From Dehalococcoidia bacterium (GTDB taxonomy: Bacteria; Chloroflexota; Dehalococcoidia; Lucifugimonadales; HRBIN23): a stretch of 64,000 nt of DNA. Both the position numbers and the translations under genes were made by a program. Positions within the stretch are counted from its first letter, which is position 1, and each line of letters begins with the position of its first letter. The notes under the pieces were generated by a model. That model saw only the letters and a program-made list of their open reading frames with translations, was not told the origin of the DNA and made no database searches. This document shows positions 55,346 to 64,000 of the stretch, piece by piece. The stretch is from contig JANXCH010000011.1 in NCBI GenBank assembly GCA_025060295.1, positions 6,816 to 70,815 of the forward strand. The letters run 5' to 3'.

Positions 55346-55374
55346 TTGACACGCATAGGGGAGCGTGGTAATGT
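55346..55374 (+). promoter_or_regulatory. Putative sigma70-type promoter of the suf operon
   Basis: TTGACA (55346-55351), a 17-nt spacer, then an extended -10 TGgTAATGT (55366-55374). It lies about 40 nt upstream of the sufC ATG, which has an AAGGAG RBS. Confidence 0.4.
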
Positions 55375-55415
55375 TGACTTAGGCTATCGCCAAATATAAC
55401 AAAGGGACAAGGAGC

Positions 55416-56177
55416 ATGACGACCCAACCCCTCCTCCAGATTGAAGGCCTCCGCGTCGCTGTGGATACCAAGGAAATCCTCAAGGGTGTGGACTTGGCCC
55501 TGTACCCGGGCCAGATTCACGCCCTGATGGGGCCGAACGGCTCGGGCAAGAGCACCCTGGCCTACGCCATTATGGGCCACCCTAAGTATCAGGTCACGGC
55601 GGGGCGCATCCTCTTGAAGGGGGAGGACATCACCTCCGCCACACCCGATGAGCGTGCCCGCAAGGGGCTGTTCCTGGCCTTCCAGTACCCCGTAGCCATC
55701 CCGGGCGTCACCCTGTTCAACCTTCTGCGCACCGCCGGCAAGGCTATTCGGGGCGAGGACCTCCCAGTGGTGCCCTTCCGCCGCCGCATGCGGGAGCAGG
55801 CCGCCCTCCTCAAGATGGACGAGGCCTTCCTCCAGCGCTATGTCAACGAGGGCTTCTCGGGGGGCGAGAAGAAGCGGGCCGAAATCCTGCAGATGACCGT
55901 CCTCCAGCCCACGGTGGCCGTCCTGGATGAGACGGACTCGGGGCTGGACATTGATGCCCTGAAAGTGGTGGCCGAGGGCATCAACGCCTTCGCCTCCCCC
56001 GCCAACGCCATCTTGATGATCACCCACTACCAGCGCATCCTGCGCTACGTGCGCCCCCACATCGTCCACATCCTGGTGGATGGGCGTATCGTTCGCTCGG
56101 GTGGGCCCGAGTTGGCCGAGGAACTCGAGGCCAAGGGCTACGAAGGCGTTCTCCAACAGGTCCCCTCCCAAGCATAG
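55416..56177 (+). CDS. sufC: Fe-S cluster assembly ATPase SufC
   Basis: It carries Walker [29 protein letters not shown] and [12 protein letters not shown]. Confidence 0.95.
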   Translation: MTTQPLLQIEGLRVAVDTKEILKGVDLALYPGQIHALMGPNGSGKSTLAYAIMGHPKYQVTAGRILLKGEDITSATPDERARKGLFLAFQYPVAIPGVTLFNLLRTAGKAIRGEDLPVVPFRRRMREQAALLKMDEAFLQRYVNEGFSGGEKKRAEILQMTVLQPTVAVLDETDSGLDIDALKVVAEGINAFASPANAILMITHYQRILRYVRPHIVHILVDGRIVRSGGPELAEELEAKGYEGVLQQVPSQA

Positions 56178-56190
56178 AAAGGAGTGCACC

Positions 56191-57594
56191 ATGACCACAA
56201 CCCGCCCACAGATTGACCTGGGACCCTACAAGTACGGCTTCCGCGACCCCGAAAAATATGTGTACAAGGCCAAGCCCGGCCTCTCCCGCCGGGTGGTGGA
56301 GGAAATCTCCGACATCAAGGGCGAACCCCAGTGGATGCGGGAGTTCCGCCTGCGCTCCTTGGAGATTTTCCTCCAGAAGCCCATGCCCACCTGGGGGGCC
56401 GACCTGTCCGAAATCAACTTCGACCAGATTCACTACTACGCTCGGCCCGCCGACCGCCCCGGCACCACCTGGGACGAGGTCCCCGAATACATCAAGAAGA
56501 CCTTTGACCGCCTGGGCATCCCCGAGGCCGAGCGCAAGTTCCTGGCCGGCGTCAGCGCCCAGTACGAGTCCGAGGTGGTCTACCACTCCCTGCGGGAGGA
56601 CCTGCAGAAGAAAGGCGTCATCTTCGTAGATACCGACACGGCGGTGCGGGAGTATCCCGACCTGGTGCGCCGCTTCTTCGGCACCGTCATCCCCCCCGCC
56701 GACAACAAGTTCGCCGCCCTCAACAGCGCCGTGTGGAGCGGCGGCTCCTTCATTTATGTGCCCCCGGGCGTCCGTGTGGAAATCCCCCTGCAGGCCTACT
56801 TCCGCATCAACGCCGAGGCCATGGGGCAGTTTGAGCGCACCCTCATCATCGCCGATGAAGGCTCCTTCGTCCACTATGTGGAGGGGTGCACTGCCCCCGT
56901 CTACTCCAAAGACTCCCTCCACAGCGCCGTGGTGGAACTCATCGCCATGCGGGGGGCGCGCCTGCGCTACACCACCATCCAGAACTGGTCACTAAACGTC
57001 TACAACCTGGTTACCAAGCGGGCCGTCGCCCACGAGGACGCCATCGTGGAGTGGATTGACGCCAACCTGGGCTCCAAAGTAACCATGAAATACCCCTCCG
57101 TGTTCCTGATGGGCAAAGGGGCGCGGGGCGACATCCTCTCGGTGGCCTTCGCCGGCCCCGGCCAGCACCAGGACGCCGGGGGCAAAGCCATCCACGTGGC
57201 CCCCTACACCTCCTCCACCATCATCAGCAAGTCCATCTCCAAAGGGGGCGGGCGCACCTCTTACCGCGGCCTCTTGAAGATCTACGAGGGGGCCAAAGGG
57301 GCCAAGTCCATGGTGCGGTGCGACGCCCTCATCTTGGACCCCTACTCCCGCTCCGACACCTACCCCTACATCGAGGTGGCAGAGGAGGATGTCTCCATCG
57401 GCCACGAGGCCACCGTGGCCAAAATCGGCGAGGATCAGCTCTTCTACCTCATGAGCCGGGGCCTCACCGAAAACGAGGCTATGGCTATGGTGGTAAACGG
57501 CTTCATTGAACCCTTCACCAAGACCCTGCCCATGGAATACGCTGTGGAGATGAACCGCCTCATTGAACTGCAACTGTCAGGGGCCGTCGGTTAG
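56191..57594 (+). CDS. sufB: Fe-S cluster assembly scaffold SufB
   Basis: The sequence is highly characteristic (YKYGF..., [43 protein letters not shown]). ATG 56191 follows AAAGGAG. Confidence 0.95.
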   Translation: MTTTRPQIDLGPYKYGFRDPEKYVYKAKPGLSRRVVEEISDIKGEPQWMREFRLRSLEIFLQKPMPTWGADLSEINFDQIHYYARPADRPGTTWDEVPEYIKKTFDRLGIPEAERKFLAGVSAQYESEVVYHSLREDLQKKGVIFVDTDTAVREYPDLVRRFFGTVIPPADNKFAALNSAVWSGGSFIYVPPGVRVEIPLQAYFRINAEAMGQFERTLIIADEGSFVHYVEGCTAPVYSKDSLHSAVVELIAMRGARLRYTTIQNWSLNVYNLVTKRAVAHEDAIVEWIDANLGSKVTMKYPSVFLMGKGARGDILSVAFAGPGQHQDAGGKAIHVAPYTSSTIISKSISKGGGRTSYRGLLKIYEGAKGAKSMVRCDALILDPYSRSDTYPYIEVAEEDVSIGHEATVAKIGEDQLFYLMSRGLTENEAMAMVVNGFIEPFTKTLPMEYAVEMNRLIELQLSGAVG

Positions 57595-57617
57595 CCCCGT
57601 GTCAGGAGTAGACCTCC

Positions 57618-58964
57618 ATGAGCGATGCCGTCCTGACCGCACGCCGCGCCTCCCCCTTCACCGAGGAGGCGGTGCATCGCCTCTCGGCCCGGTGGGGGGA
57701 GCCTTCGTGGGCCGCTCAGGCCCGCCTGGACGCCCTCCATACTTACCTCCAGACCCCTTTCCCCCCTCCCCACCACGAATGGTGGCGCCGGACGGATGTA
57801 ACCTCCCTGCCCTACGAGTCCTTTTCCCCTGATGGGGGGGCGCCCTCCCGCCCCCGCCTGGGGTTTGCCCGCGCCCTTCTGCGTCGTCCCCAGGAGTATG
57901 GGGCCTTGCTGGTGCAGGCGGATGGCCTGACCCTGCGCCACCTGCTCGCCCCCGAGGCGGAGCAGGCGGGAGTCGTTGCGCTCCCCCTCCAGGACGCCCT
58001 GCGCCAACGCCCCGACCTGGTGCAGGCCTGGCTCGGCAAGGCCATCGCCCCCTCCGAGAACCGCTTCACCGCCCTGGCCTCCGCCTTCTGCAACGGGGGC
58101 GCGGTGGTCTACCTGCCCCGCCACGCCCAGGTGGAACGCCCCATCCACCTCGTCCACATCCTCCGCCGGCCCCACAGCGCCCTGTTCCCCCGCACCCTCA
58201 TCGTGGCCGAGGAGGGGGCCTCCGCCACCATCGTGGAGGACTACATCCAGGACGGCCAAGAGCCGGTGCTGGCCATCCCCCTTGTGGAACTCCTTTTGGA
58301 CAGCTCCGCCCAGGTGCGCTACACGGGCGTCCAATCCTTGGGGCCAGAGGCCGTTTACCTGGCCTTCCAGCGGAGCCGTCTGGTGGGGCGGGATGCCTCC
58401 CTCCTCACCTACCAGATTCACTTCGGCAGCCGTTTCGTGAAGACGGTGCTGGAGAACCACCTGCAGGGGCAGGGAAGCCGTTCCGACCTGCTGGGCATTC
58501 TGTTCGGCGACCAGGCCCAGGTCTTCGACCAGGTAACCCTGCAGGACCACCACTCCCCCCATACCACCAGCGACCTGCTCTACAAAGCAGCCCTCAAGGA
58601 CACCGCCCGCGCCATCTACTACGGCACGGTGAAGGTGCGCAAGGGAGCCATCAAGACCGACGCCTTCCAGACCAACAAGAACCTGCTCCTGGGCGGGCAC
58701 CCCAAGGCCGATTCCGTCCCCGTCCTGGAGATTGAGGCCGATGACCTGCGGTGCTCCCACGCCGCCTCTGTTGGCCCCGTGGACGAGGAGCACCTGTTCT
58801 ACTTGCGCAGCCGGGGCATCCCCCTGGCCGAGGCCCACCGCATCCTGGTAGAGGGCTTCTTTGACCCCCTGGCCCAGCGGGTGCCCACCCCCTGGCTGCG
58901 CCAGCGCATCTGGGCGCTTATCCACCAGAAACTCGCCAGCCCCTCTGCTTCCAACGGGAGGTAG
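57618..58964 (+). CDS. sufD: Fe-S cluster assembly protein SufD
   Basis: It is a SufB paralogue with C-terminal LRCSHAASVGPVDEEHLFYLRSRGIPLAEA. Its position follows sufB. Confidence 0.9.
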   Translation: MSDAVLTARRASPFTEEAVHRLSARWGEPSWAAQARLDALHTYLQTPFPPPHHEWWRRTDVTSLPYESFSPDGGAPSRPRLGFARALLRRPQEYGALLVQADGLTLRHLLAPEAEQAGVVALPLQDALRQRPDLVQAWLGKAIAPSENRFTALASAFCNGGAVVYLPRHAQVERPIHLVHILRRPHSALFPRTLIVAEEGASATIVEDYIQDGQEPVLAIPLVELLLDSSAQVRYTGVQSLGPEAVYLAFQRSRLVGRDASLLTYQIHFGSRFVKTVLENHLQGQGSRSDLLGILFGDQAQVFDQVTLQDHHSPHTTSDLLYKAALKDTARAIYYGTVKVRKGAIKTDAFQTNKNLLLGGHPKADSVPVLEIEADDLRCSHAASVGPVDEEHLFYLRSRGIPLAEAHRILVEGFFDPLAQRVPTPWLRQRIWALIHQKLASPSASNGR

Positions 58965-58967
58965 CCC

Positions 58968-59285
58968 ATGCCCGAGCGCTGGGTTGCCGTCGCCTCGGTG
59001 CGCGATGTGCCTCCCGGCACCGTGCGGGTGGTGCGCGCCGGGGGCGAATCCCTGGCCCTGTGCAACGTGAACGGGCAGTTCTACGCCGTGCAAAACCTCT
59101 GCACCCACGACGGCGGCCCCCTAGGGGAGGGGGAACTGGTAGGCTACGCCGTGGAGTGCCCGCGGCACGGTGCCCGTTTTGATGTGCGCACCGGGACGGT
59201 GCTGGCTCTTCCTGCCGTGCGCCCCATCCGCACCTACAAAACCCGCGTCCAGGGGGAGACGATTGAAGTCGCCCTCCCCACCTGA
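58968..59285 (+). CDS. Rieske [2Fe-2S] domain protein (ferredoxin-type)
   Basis: It carries the Rieske ligands CTHDGGPL ... CPRHGARF. It sits between sufD and sufS with gaps of 3 and 12 nt. Confidence 0.85.
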   Translation: MPERWVAVASVRDVPPGTVRVVRAGGESLALCNVNGQFYAVQNLCTHDGGPLGEGELVGYAVECPRHGARFDVRTGTVLALPAVRPIRTYKTRVQGETIEVALPT

Positions 59286-59297
59286 CAAGGAGGGACG

Positions 59298-60539
59298 ATG
59301 CTCGACCTCCACGCCATCCGCCGCGACTTCCCTGTGCTCCAACGCACGGTGCACGGTCGGCCCCTGGTCTACCTGGACAACGCCGCCACCTCCCAGAAAC
59401 CCCGTCAGGTGATTCAGGCCCTGGTGGCCTACTACGAAGGCTACAACGCCAATGTGCACCGCGCCGTCCACACCCTGGGCGAGGAGGCCACCCAGCGCTT
59501 TGAGGAGGCCCGCCAAAAGGTGGCCGACTTCATCCACGCCCCCTCCTTGGAGTGCATCCTCTGGACACGCAACACCACCGAGGCCATCAACCTGGTAGCC
59601 ACCGCCTGGGCACTCCCCACCCTGAAGCCCGGCGACGAGGTGCTCACCAGCGCTATGGAGCACCACTCCAACCTGGTGCCCTGGCAGAAGGTTTGTGCCC
59701 AGACAGGTGCCACCTTGCGCATTATCCCCCTTACCCCCCAGGGCCTGCTGGACATGGACGCCTTCCAGCGCATGCTCTCCCCGCGGGTGCGCCTGGTGGC
59801 TATCACCCACATGTCCAACGTGCTAGGGAGCATCGTGCCCGTGGCCGAGGTGGCCCGCCTGGCCCACAGTGTGGGGGCCGTCGTGCTGGTGGATGGTGCC
59901 CAGAGCGTCCCCCACATGCCCGTCGACGTGCAGGCCATAGACTGCGACTTCTTGGCCTTCTCCGCCCACAAGATGCTGGGGCCAACGGGCATCGGGGTGC
60001 TCTACGGCAAACTCCCGCTTCTGGAGGCGATGGAGCCGTTCCTGCTGGGCGGGGAGATGGTGCGGGAGGTTACCTACGAGCGAGCCACCTGGAAGGCCCC
60101 GCCCTTCAAGTATGAGGCGGGCACCCCCAACATCGCCGACGCCATCGCCTTCGGAGTGGCCATTGACTACCTGAAAGGGCTGGGGATGGAGCACATCCGC
60201 CAGCACGAAATCGCCCTCACCCGCTATGCCCTGCGCCGTTTCGCCGAGCTGGAGGAGTTCCAGGTGTTCGGCCCCCCCTCCGCTGAGCAGAGGGGTGGGG
60301 TCATCTCCTTCTGCCATCCCCACATCCATCCCCACGACCTGGGCACCTTCCTGGACCGCTTCGGCATCGCCATCCGCGCCGGGCACCACTGCGCCATGCC
60401 CTTGGTGCGCTCCCTAGGCGTGGTCGCCACCGCCCGCGCCAGTTTCTACCTCTACAACACCGAGGAGGAAGTGGACATCCTCATCGATGCCCTGCGCCAG
60501 GCCTTGCGCTTCTTCGGACGAGTGCGGACGCCTCGCTAG
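59298..60539 (+). CDS. sufS: Cysteine desulfurase SufS (group II)
   Basis: It carries YLDNAATSQKP, FSAHKMLGPTGIGVLYG (PLP lysine) and the catalytic RAGHHCAMPL. Confidence 0.95.
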   Translation: MLDLHAIRRDFPVLQRTVHGRPLVYLDNAATSQKPRQVIQALVAYYEGYNANVHRAVHTLGEEATQRFEEARQKVADFIHAPSLECILWTRNTTEAINLVATAWALPTLKPGDEVLTSAMEHHSNLVPWQKVCAQTGATLRIIPLTPQGLLDMDAFQRMLSPRVRLVAITHMSNVLGSIVPVAEVARLAHSVGAVVLVDGAQSVPHMPVDVQAIDCDFLAFSAHKMLGPTGIGVLYGKLPLLEAMEPFLLGGEMVREVTYERATWKAPPFKYEAGTPNIADAIAFGVAIDYLKGLGMEHIRQHEIALTRYALRRFAELEEFQVFGPPSAEQRGGVISFCHPHIHPHDLGTFLDRFGIAIRAGHHCAMPLVRSLGVVATARASFYLYNTEEEVDILIDALRQALRFFGRVRTPR

Positions 60540-60545
60540 ACGCCC

Positions 60546-61022
60546 ATGACCCAGGACTTTTCCACCGCCTTCCCCCTGGACGAACTGGACGACCTCTACC
60601 GCGAGGTGATTCTGGACCACTACCGTAGCCCCCGCAACCGCACCCCCCTGCCCCGCCCCGACATCGCCAGCGAGGGGCAGAACCCCTACTGCGGGGACGA
60701 GGTATCCGTCCAGATGGCCCTGGAGGGGGAGCGCATCGCCCAGGTGGGGATTGTGGGACGGGGGTGCTCCATCTCCCAAGCGTCGGCGTCTATGATGGGG
60801 GAACTGCTCAAGGGCAAGACCCTGGCCGATGCCCTGCGCCTCTCCCGGCGGGTGCGGGACATGCTCCACGGAAAAGCCCTCTCCCCCCAGGAGCTGGAGG
60901 AGTTGGGCGACCTGGAGGCCCTGCGGGGAGTAAGCAAGTTCCCCGTGCGCATCAAGTGCGCCCTCCTGGCCTGGACGACTTTGGAAGAGGGTATCGCCGA
61001 CTGGCAGAAGCGGAGGGGCTAA
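60546..61022 (+). CDS. sufU: SufU/IscU-like Fe-S sulfur-transfer scaffold
   Basis: It carries NPYCGDEV, GRGCSISQASASMM and RIKCALLAW, the three-Cys plus Asp pattern of SufU. Confidence 0.85.
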   Translation: MTQDFSTAFPLDELDDLYREVILDHYRSPRNRTPLPRPDIASEGQNPYCGDEVSVQMALEGERIAQVGIVGRGCSISQASASMMGELLKGKTLADALRLSRRVRDMLHGKALSPQELEELGDLEALRGVSKFPVRIKCALLAWTTLEEGIADWQKRRG

Positions 61023-61110
61023 CCACTATCCCCCTCCCCATCGGGATCAGGATAGGCACGAACAATCCAGACAACACCCTCCCTATGCTACCCTGTGCCT
61101 CGGAGGCCAC

Positions 61111-62994
61111 GTGCGCCCGACAATCCTCGGGATTCTTATCCTTATCCTCCTGACCTGGGGCGTCGCAGGGGCGTGCACCGCCCCACCGCCCACGCCTACC
61201 CCAACTTCTTCTCCACCCCCTGCCCCTACCCCAACCCCCGCACCCCCTCTCTTTCCCACTCCCCCCGACCGCGACCTCTATGACCTGACCCAACGCTACC
61301 GCACCAAAGGCGTGGGCATCCCCCGCACCGTTGCCCCACCCGCCATCGCCCCCGCCGTAGGGATGCAAGAGACCTTCTGGGCCATAGACCTGGAGGCCAA
61401 AGTCCCCTACACCATCACCGCGACCCTGCGCGCCATCAGCCCCCACGCCTACTGGTATATAGCCGACGGGGTTCCCATAAGCGACGATGCCCTGCAACAG
61501 ACCATCCGCACCTTTGAGGAGCGCATCGTCCCCCAGGTGGGCACAGCCGTGGGCGGCCAGTGGCCCCCGGGCATCAACGGCGACCCCCGCCTCACCATCC
61601 TCTATGGCCCCTTGCGCGGGGCCGCCGGCTACTACAGCGGGGCCGACGAATACCCCCTCGTGGTGCACCCCTACTCCAACCAACGGCGCATGCTCTACCT
61701 GAACAGCCAGTTCCTGCGTCTGGGCTCGTCCCTGTTTGATCAGGTGCTGGCCCACGAGTTGCAACACGCCTTCCACCACGCCGCCGACCCCACCGAGGAG
61801 ACCTGGGTGAACGAAGGCCTCGCGGAACTGGCCAGCGAACTGGCAGGCTACCGTCCCACCTTGGTGCAGGAGTTCGCCCGCCGCCCCTCCACCTCCCTCA
61901 CCGAATGGGCCGATGACCCCTACGCCTCGGGCCCCCACTACGGTGCCGCCCACCTCTTTATGCGTTACCTCTTCCAACACTATGGAGGCAGAGCACACAT
62001 CCCCCTCCTGGTGCACGAACCCGCCGATGGCATCGCAGGGGTAGAGGCCTTCCTGCGGCGTATTGGTGCTGGCAAGACCTTCCCCGAGGTCTTCCAGGAC
62101 TGGGCGGTGGCCAACCTCTTGGGCAACGGCGACGGCCCCCTCTTCTACAAGGAGGGCGCACCCCGCCTGTCGGCACCCAAGGGCTTGGAGCCTGGGCAAA
62201 GGATACAGGACATCCTCCCACCCTTCGCCGCCTCTTATGTAAACCTTCCTCCCACTGCGGGAGGCACCCTCACCTTTTCCGGGGAGGCCAGCACCCCTCT
62301 GGCAGACCTCCCCGTCCCCAGCGGAGAGGCCTGCTGGTTCAGCAACCGGGGCGACAACATCAACACCCGCCTCACCCGCACCCTAGACCTCACAGGGGTG
62401 GAGCGCGCCACCCTCCGCTTCCGCATCTGGTATGACCTGGAGGAGTGGTGGGATTACGCTTATGCCGCTGTCTCGGCCGACGGGGGCCGGTCGTGGGACG
62501 CCCTAAAGGGGAAATTCGCCACCGCCCACGATCCCCTCGGCGTCGCCTTCGGACCCGGCTGGACCGGCTCCAGCAACGGTTGGCGGGAGGAGGAGGTCGA
62601 CCTCACCCCCTTCGCCGGCCGGCGGGTGCTCCTGCGCTTTGAGTACGTCACCGATGAGGCGGTCAACCTGGGGGGCCTCTGCCTGGACGACTTCTCTATC
62701 CCCGAAATCGGCTGGCAGGACGATGCCGAGCACGACCGAGACTGGCTGACCGAGGGGTGGATTCGCCGGGCACCACACGTGCCGACGGTGTGGCGGGCCC
62801 GTTTGGTGGTGGAGCGCCCCGAGGGGGGGCCAATGGTGCACGACTTGCCGGTGGATGCAGCAGGGCGCGGACGGTGGACGGTGCGCATCCCGCCCAATGC
62901 CCGCCGAGCGGTGCTAGTGGTGCTTAACCTTACCCCCCTAGCCCGTCGCCCCGCACCCTTCCAGATAACCTGGGAGACCGCACAGGCACCCTGA
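61111..62994 (+). CDS. Secreted or lipid-anchored putative zinc metallopeptidase (HExxH...E gluzincin-like)
   Basis: It has a signal peptide ILILILLTWGVAGAC and the Pro/Thr linker PPPTPTPTSSPPPAPTPTPAPP. It carries HELQHAFHH followed by NEGLAELAS. The start is GTG. The peptidase family is unassigned. Confidence 0.5.
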   Translation: MRPTILGILILILLTWGVAGACTAPPPTPTPTSSPPPAPTPTPAPPLFPTPPDRDLYDLTQRYRTKGVGIPRTVAPPAIAPAVGMQETFWAIDLEAKVPYTITATLRAISPHAYWYIADGVPISDDALQQTIRTFEERIVPQVGTAVGGQWPPGINGDPRLTILYGPLRGAAGYYSGADEYPLVVHPYSNQRRMLYLNSQFLRLGSSLFDQVLAHELQHAFHHAADPTEETWVNEGLAELASELAGYRPTLVQEFARRPSTSLTEWADDPYASGPHYGAAHLFMRYLFQHYGGRAHIPLLVHEPADGIAGVEAFLRRIGAGKTFPEVFQDWAVANLLGNGDGPLFYKEGAPRLSAPKGLEPGQRIQDILPPFAASYVNLPPTAGGTLTFSGEASTPLADLPVPSGEACWFSNRGDNINTRLTRTLDLTGVERATLRFRIWYDLEEWWDYAYAAVSADGGRSWDALKGKFATAHDPLGVAFGPGWTGSSNGWREEEVDLTPFAGRRVLLRFEYVTDEAVNLGGLCLDDFSIPEIGWQDDAEHDRDWLTEGWIRRAPHVPTVWRARLVVERPEGGPMVHDLPVDAAGRGRWTVRIPPNARRAVLVVLNLTPLARRPAPFQITWETAQAP

Positions 62995-63129
62995 TGCCCA
63001 CCCTCTGCCCGTTTTCCACAGACCCTCCCCCAATTCCCCGCTACAGAGCACCCAAAACCGCCCCCCACACCCCTTTACGCCGCCCTCGCAACCGTTGTAG
63101 GATAAAGGGCTAGATAACAGGAGGAGACC

Positions 63130-63726
63130 ATGCTGCGCGTACTGGCGATGGCTGTCGTTACGGCTCTGGTTCTGCTGGGTGGGAGCACCGTGTTCGCCCA
63201 ACCTCAGGTGATGCGGTTCGCGGGCACCGTCGTCCTTGACGGCCGGCCGGCCCCCGAGGGGACACGGGTGGTGGCCGAGGTGCAGGTGGGCGGCACATGG
63301 CGGGAGGCAGCCTCCACCACTGTCTACGGCGGCTCGTACACCTTGACAATCGGCCTCGCCCCTGGGGATAGTTTCCCCACGGGAGCACCCATTCGCTTCC
63401 GGGTGGGCACCCTCACCGCCGACCAGACAGCCACCTGGGAGCCTGGCTCCTTGCGTTCGGGCTTCAACCTGACCGCCTTCCCCCCACCCCCACCCCCTCA
63501 GGAGGCGTGGAGGGGCCTCCAGCGCGCCCTGCAGCGGGCATGGAGTTACGAAGACCCCCGCAACCCCCGCTTCTTTGACTTTGGCAACCCTGGCGGGAGC
63601 ACCCTCCAGCAGTTGGAGCGCAACCGCGCCTACTTCCTGTTCCTCACCGAGGACACCACCCTGGAATGTCGGGGCGTAACGTACACCTTGCGGCGGGGCT
63701 GGAACCTGTTCGCCTGGACCTGCTAG
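63130..63726 (+). CDS. Secreted hypothetical protein
   Basis: ATG follows AGGAGGAG. It has a signal peptide MLRVLAMAVVTALVLLGGSTVFAQ and no recognisable catalytic motif. Confidence 0.5.
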   Translation: MLRVLAMAVVTALVLLGGSTVFAQPQVMRFAGTVVLDGRPAPEGTRVVAEVQVGGTWREAASTTVYGGSYTLTIGLAPGDSFPTGAPIRFRVGTLTADQTATWEPGSLRSGFNLTAFPPPPPPQEAWRGLQRALQRAWSYEDPRNPRFFDFGNPGGSTLQQLERNRAYFLFLTEDTTLECRGVTYTLRRGWNLFAWTC

Positions 63727-63783
63727 CGTCTTGGGGGGCGTGAGCACCCCGAACCCCTCATCCAATAAGGCACGGATAAGGGT

Positions 63784-64000
63784 ATGCCCGACGTGCGGAG
63801 TTGGGGTGTAGGCCTTGTGCTCCTCGGCCTTCTCCTGCTGTGGGGGTGTGCCCCGAAGCCCACCCCCACACCCGTTATCCCCCCGGTTCCTCCCCCCTCT
63901 CCCGAGCGCCGCCCACTGGTCAGTGTTCTGGACCTCGCCCGCGCCCAGGCGGGGCAGACCGTCCCCTTGGGGTCGTATCAGGTTACCCCCCAACGGGTGC
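63784..64000 (+). CDS. Putative lipoprotein, 5' part only (runs off the right window edge)
   Basis: ATG 63784 opens MPDVRSWGVGLVLLGLLLLWGCAPKPTPTP, a signal peptide with the lipobox-like LWGC. The frame stays open to position 64000 and is absent from the ORF track for that reason. Confidence 0.45.
   Translation, partial: MPDVRSWGVGLVLLGLLLLWGCAPKPTPTPVIPPVPPPSPERRPLVSVLDLARAQAGQTVPLGSYQVTPQRV

Noticed and set aside
61180-61270. Short repetitive DNA that could hint at a CRISPR array or other non-coding repeats: the Pro/Thr-coding cc(c/a)ac(c/g) runs here, the TAC/GGC run at 24347-24412, and the 580-bp tandem at 26639-27798
   Set aside because: All lie inside well-supported reading frames and encode low-complexity or duplicated protein segments. 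There is no repeat-spacer periodicity of 25-40 nt, and no cas genes are present.

Overview
This is a gene-dense, high-GC bacterial chromosome segment; typical coding lines count about 65-70% G+C by hand. I call about 65 protein genes and 3 tRNAs. I found no rRNA, CRISPR array, transposase or integrase. All functional calls come from my own motif recognition on the supplied translations, because no database search was possible. Many ORF-track starts were trimmed to internal ATG/GTG codons that have an AGGAGG-type RBS or form a 4-nt ATGA/GTGA overlap with the upstream stop.

Layout:
- (i) 1-26619: one continuous plus-strand Wzx/Wzy-type polysaccharide locus. It holds a flippase, a polymerase-like protein, a PglC-type initiating transferase and a fused Wzz/BY-kinase. 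It also holds about 9-10 glycosyltransferase-like genes, 3 methyltransferases, a sugar 6-dehydrogenase, a CapD/PglF-type 4,6-dehydratase and a DegT aminotransferase. A GDP-mannose-3,5-epimerase-like gene, a GalE-like epimerase and a stand-alone TPP-dependent E1 alpha/beta pair complete it.
- (ii) 26639-27779: two tandem 186-aa Uma2-family nuclease-fold genes with a mosaic identity pattern. A third 186-aa paralogue lies at 35281-35841.
- (iii) 27792-40207, minus strand: dnaJ-grpE-hrcA (no dnaK), tRNA-Trp/Arg/Ala, a DUF4340-GldG-ABC2-ABC module, a lipoprotein, a NifS-like desulfurase, a CBS-containing site-2 protease, agmatinase and an AdoMetDC-family pyruvoyl enzyme.
- (iv) 40453-55250: mixed housekeeping. 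This includes threonine synthase, a PNPOx-like protein, fabI, tpx, DUF362, glmU, two SDRs including fabG, plsX, a crotonase, an amidase and two tandem M20 hydrolases.
- (v) 55416-61022: sufC-sufB-sufD-Rieske-sufS-sufU.
- (vi) 61111-64000: secreted or lipoprotein genes.

Best candidates for new biology:
- The E1 alpha/beta pair sits with DegT, a methyltransferase and a 4,6-dehydratase inside the glycan locus. This predicts a C-branched or otherwise unusual amino-deoxy sugar.
- Low-GC cassettes and a displaced gene remnant indicate cassette replacement within the locus.
- The tandem Uma2 pair shows blocks of near-perfect identity alternating with diverged blocks.

Taxon guess, low confidence: a thermophilic Chloroflexota-like or Deinococcus-Thermus-like organism.
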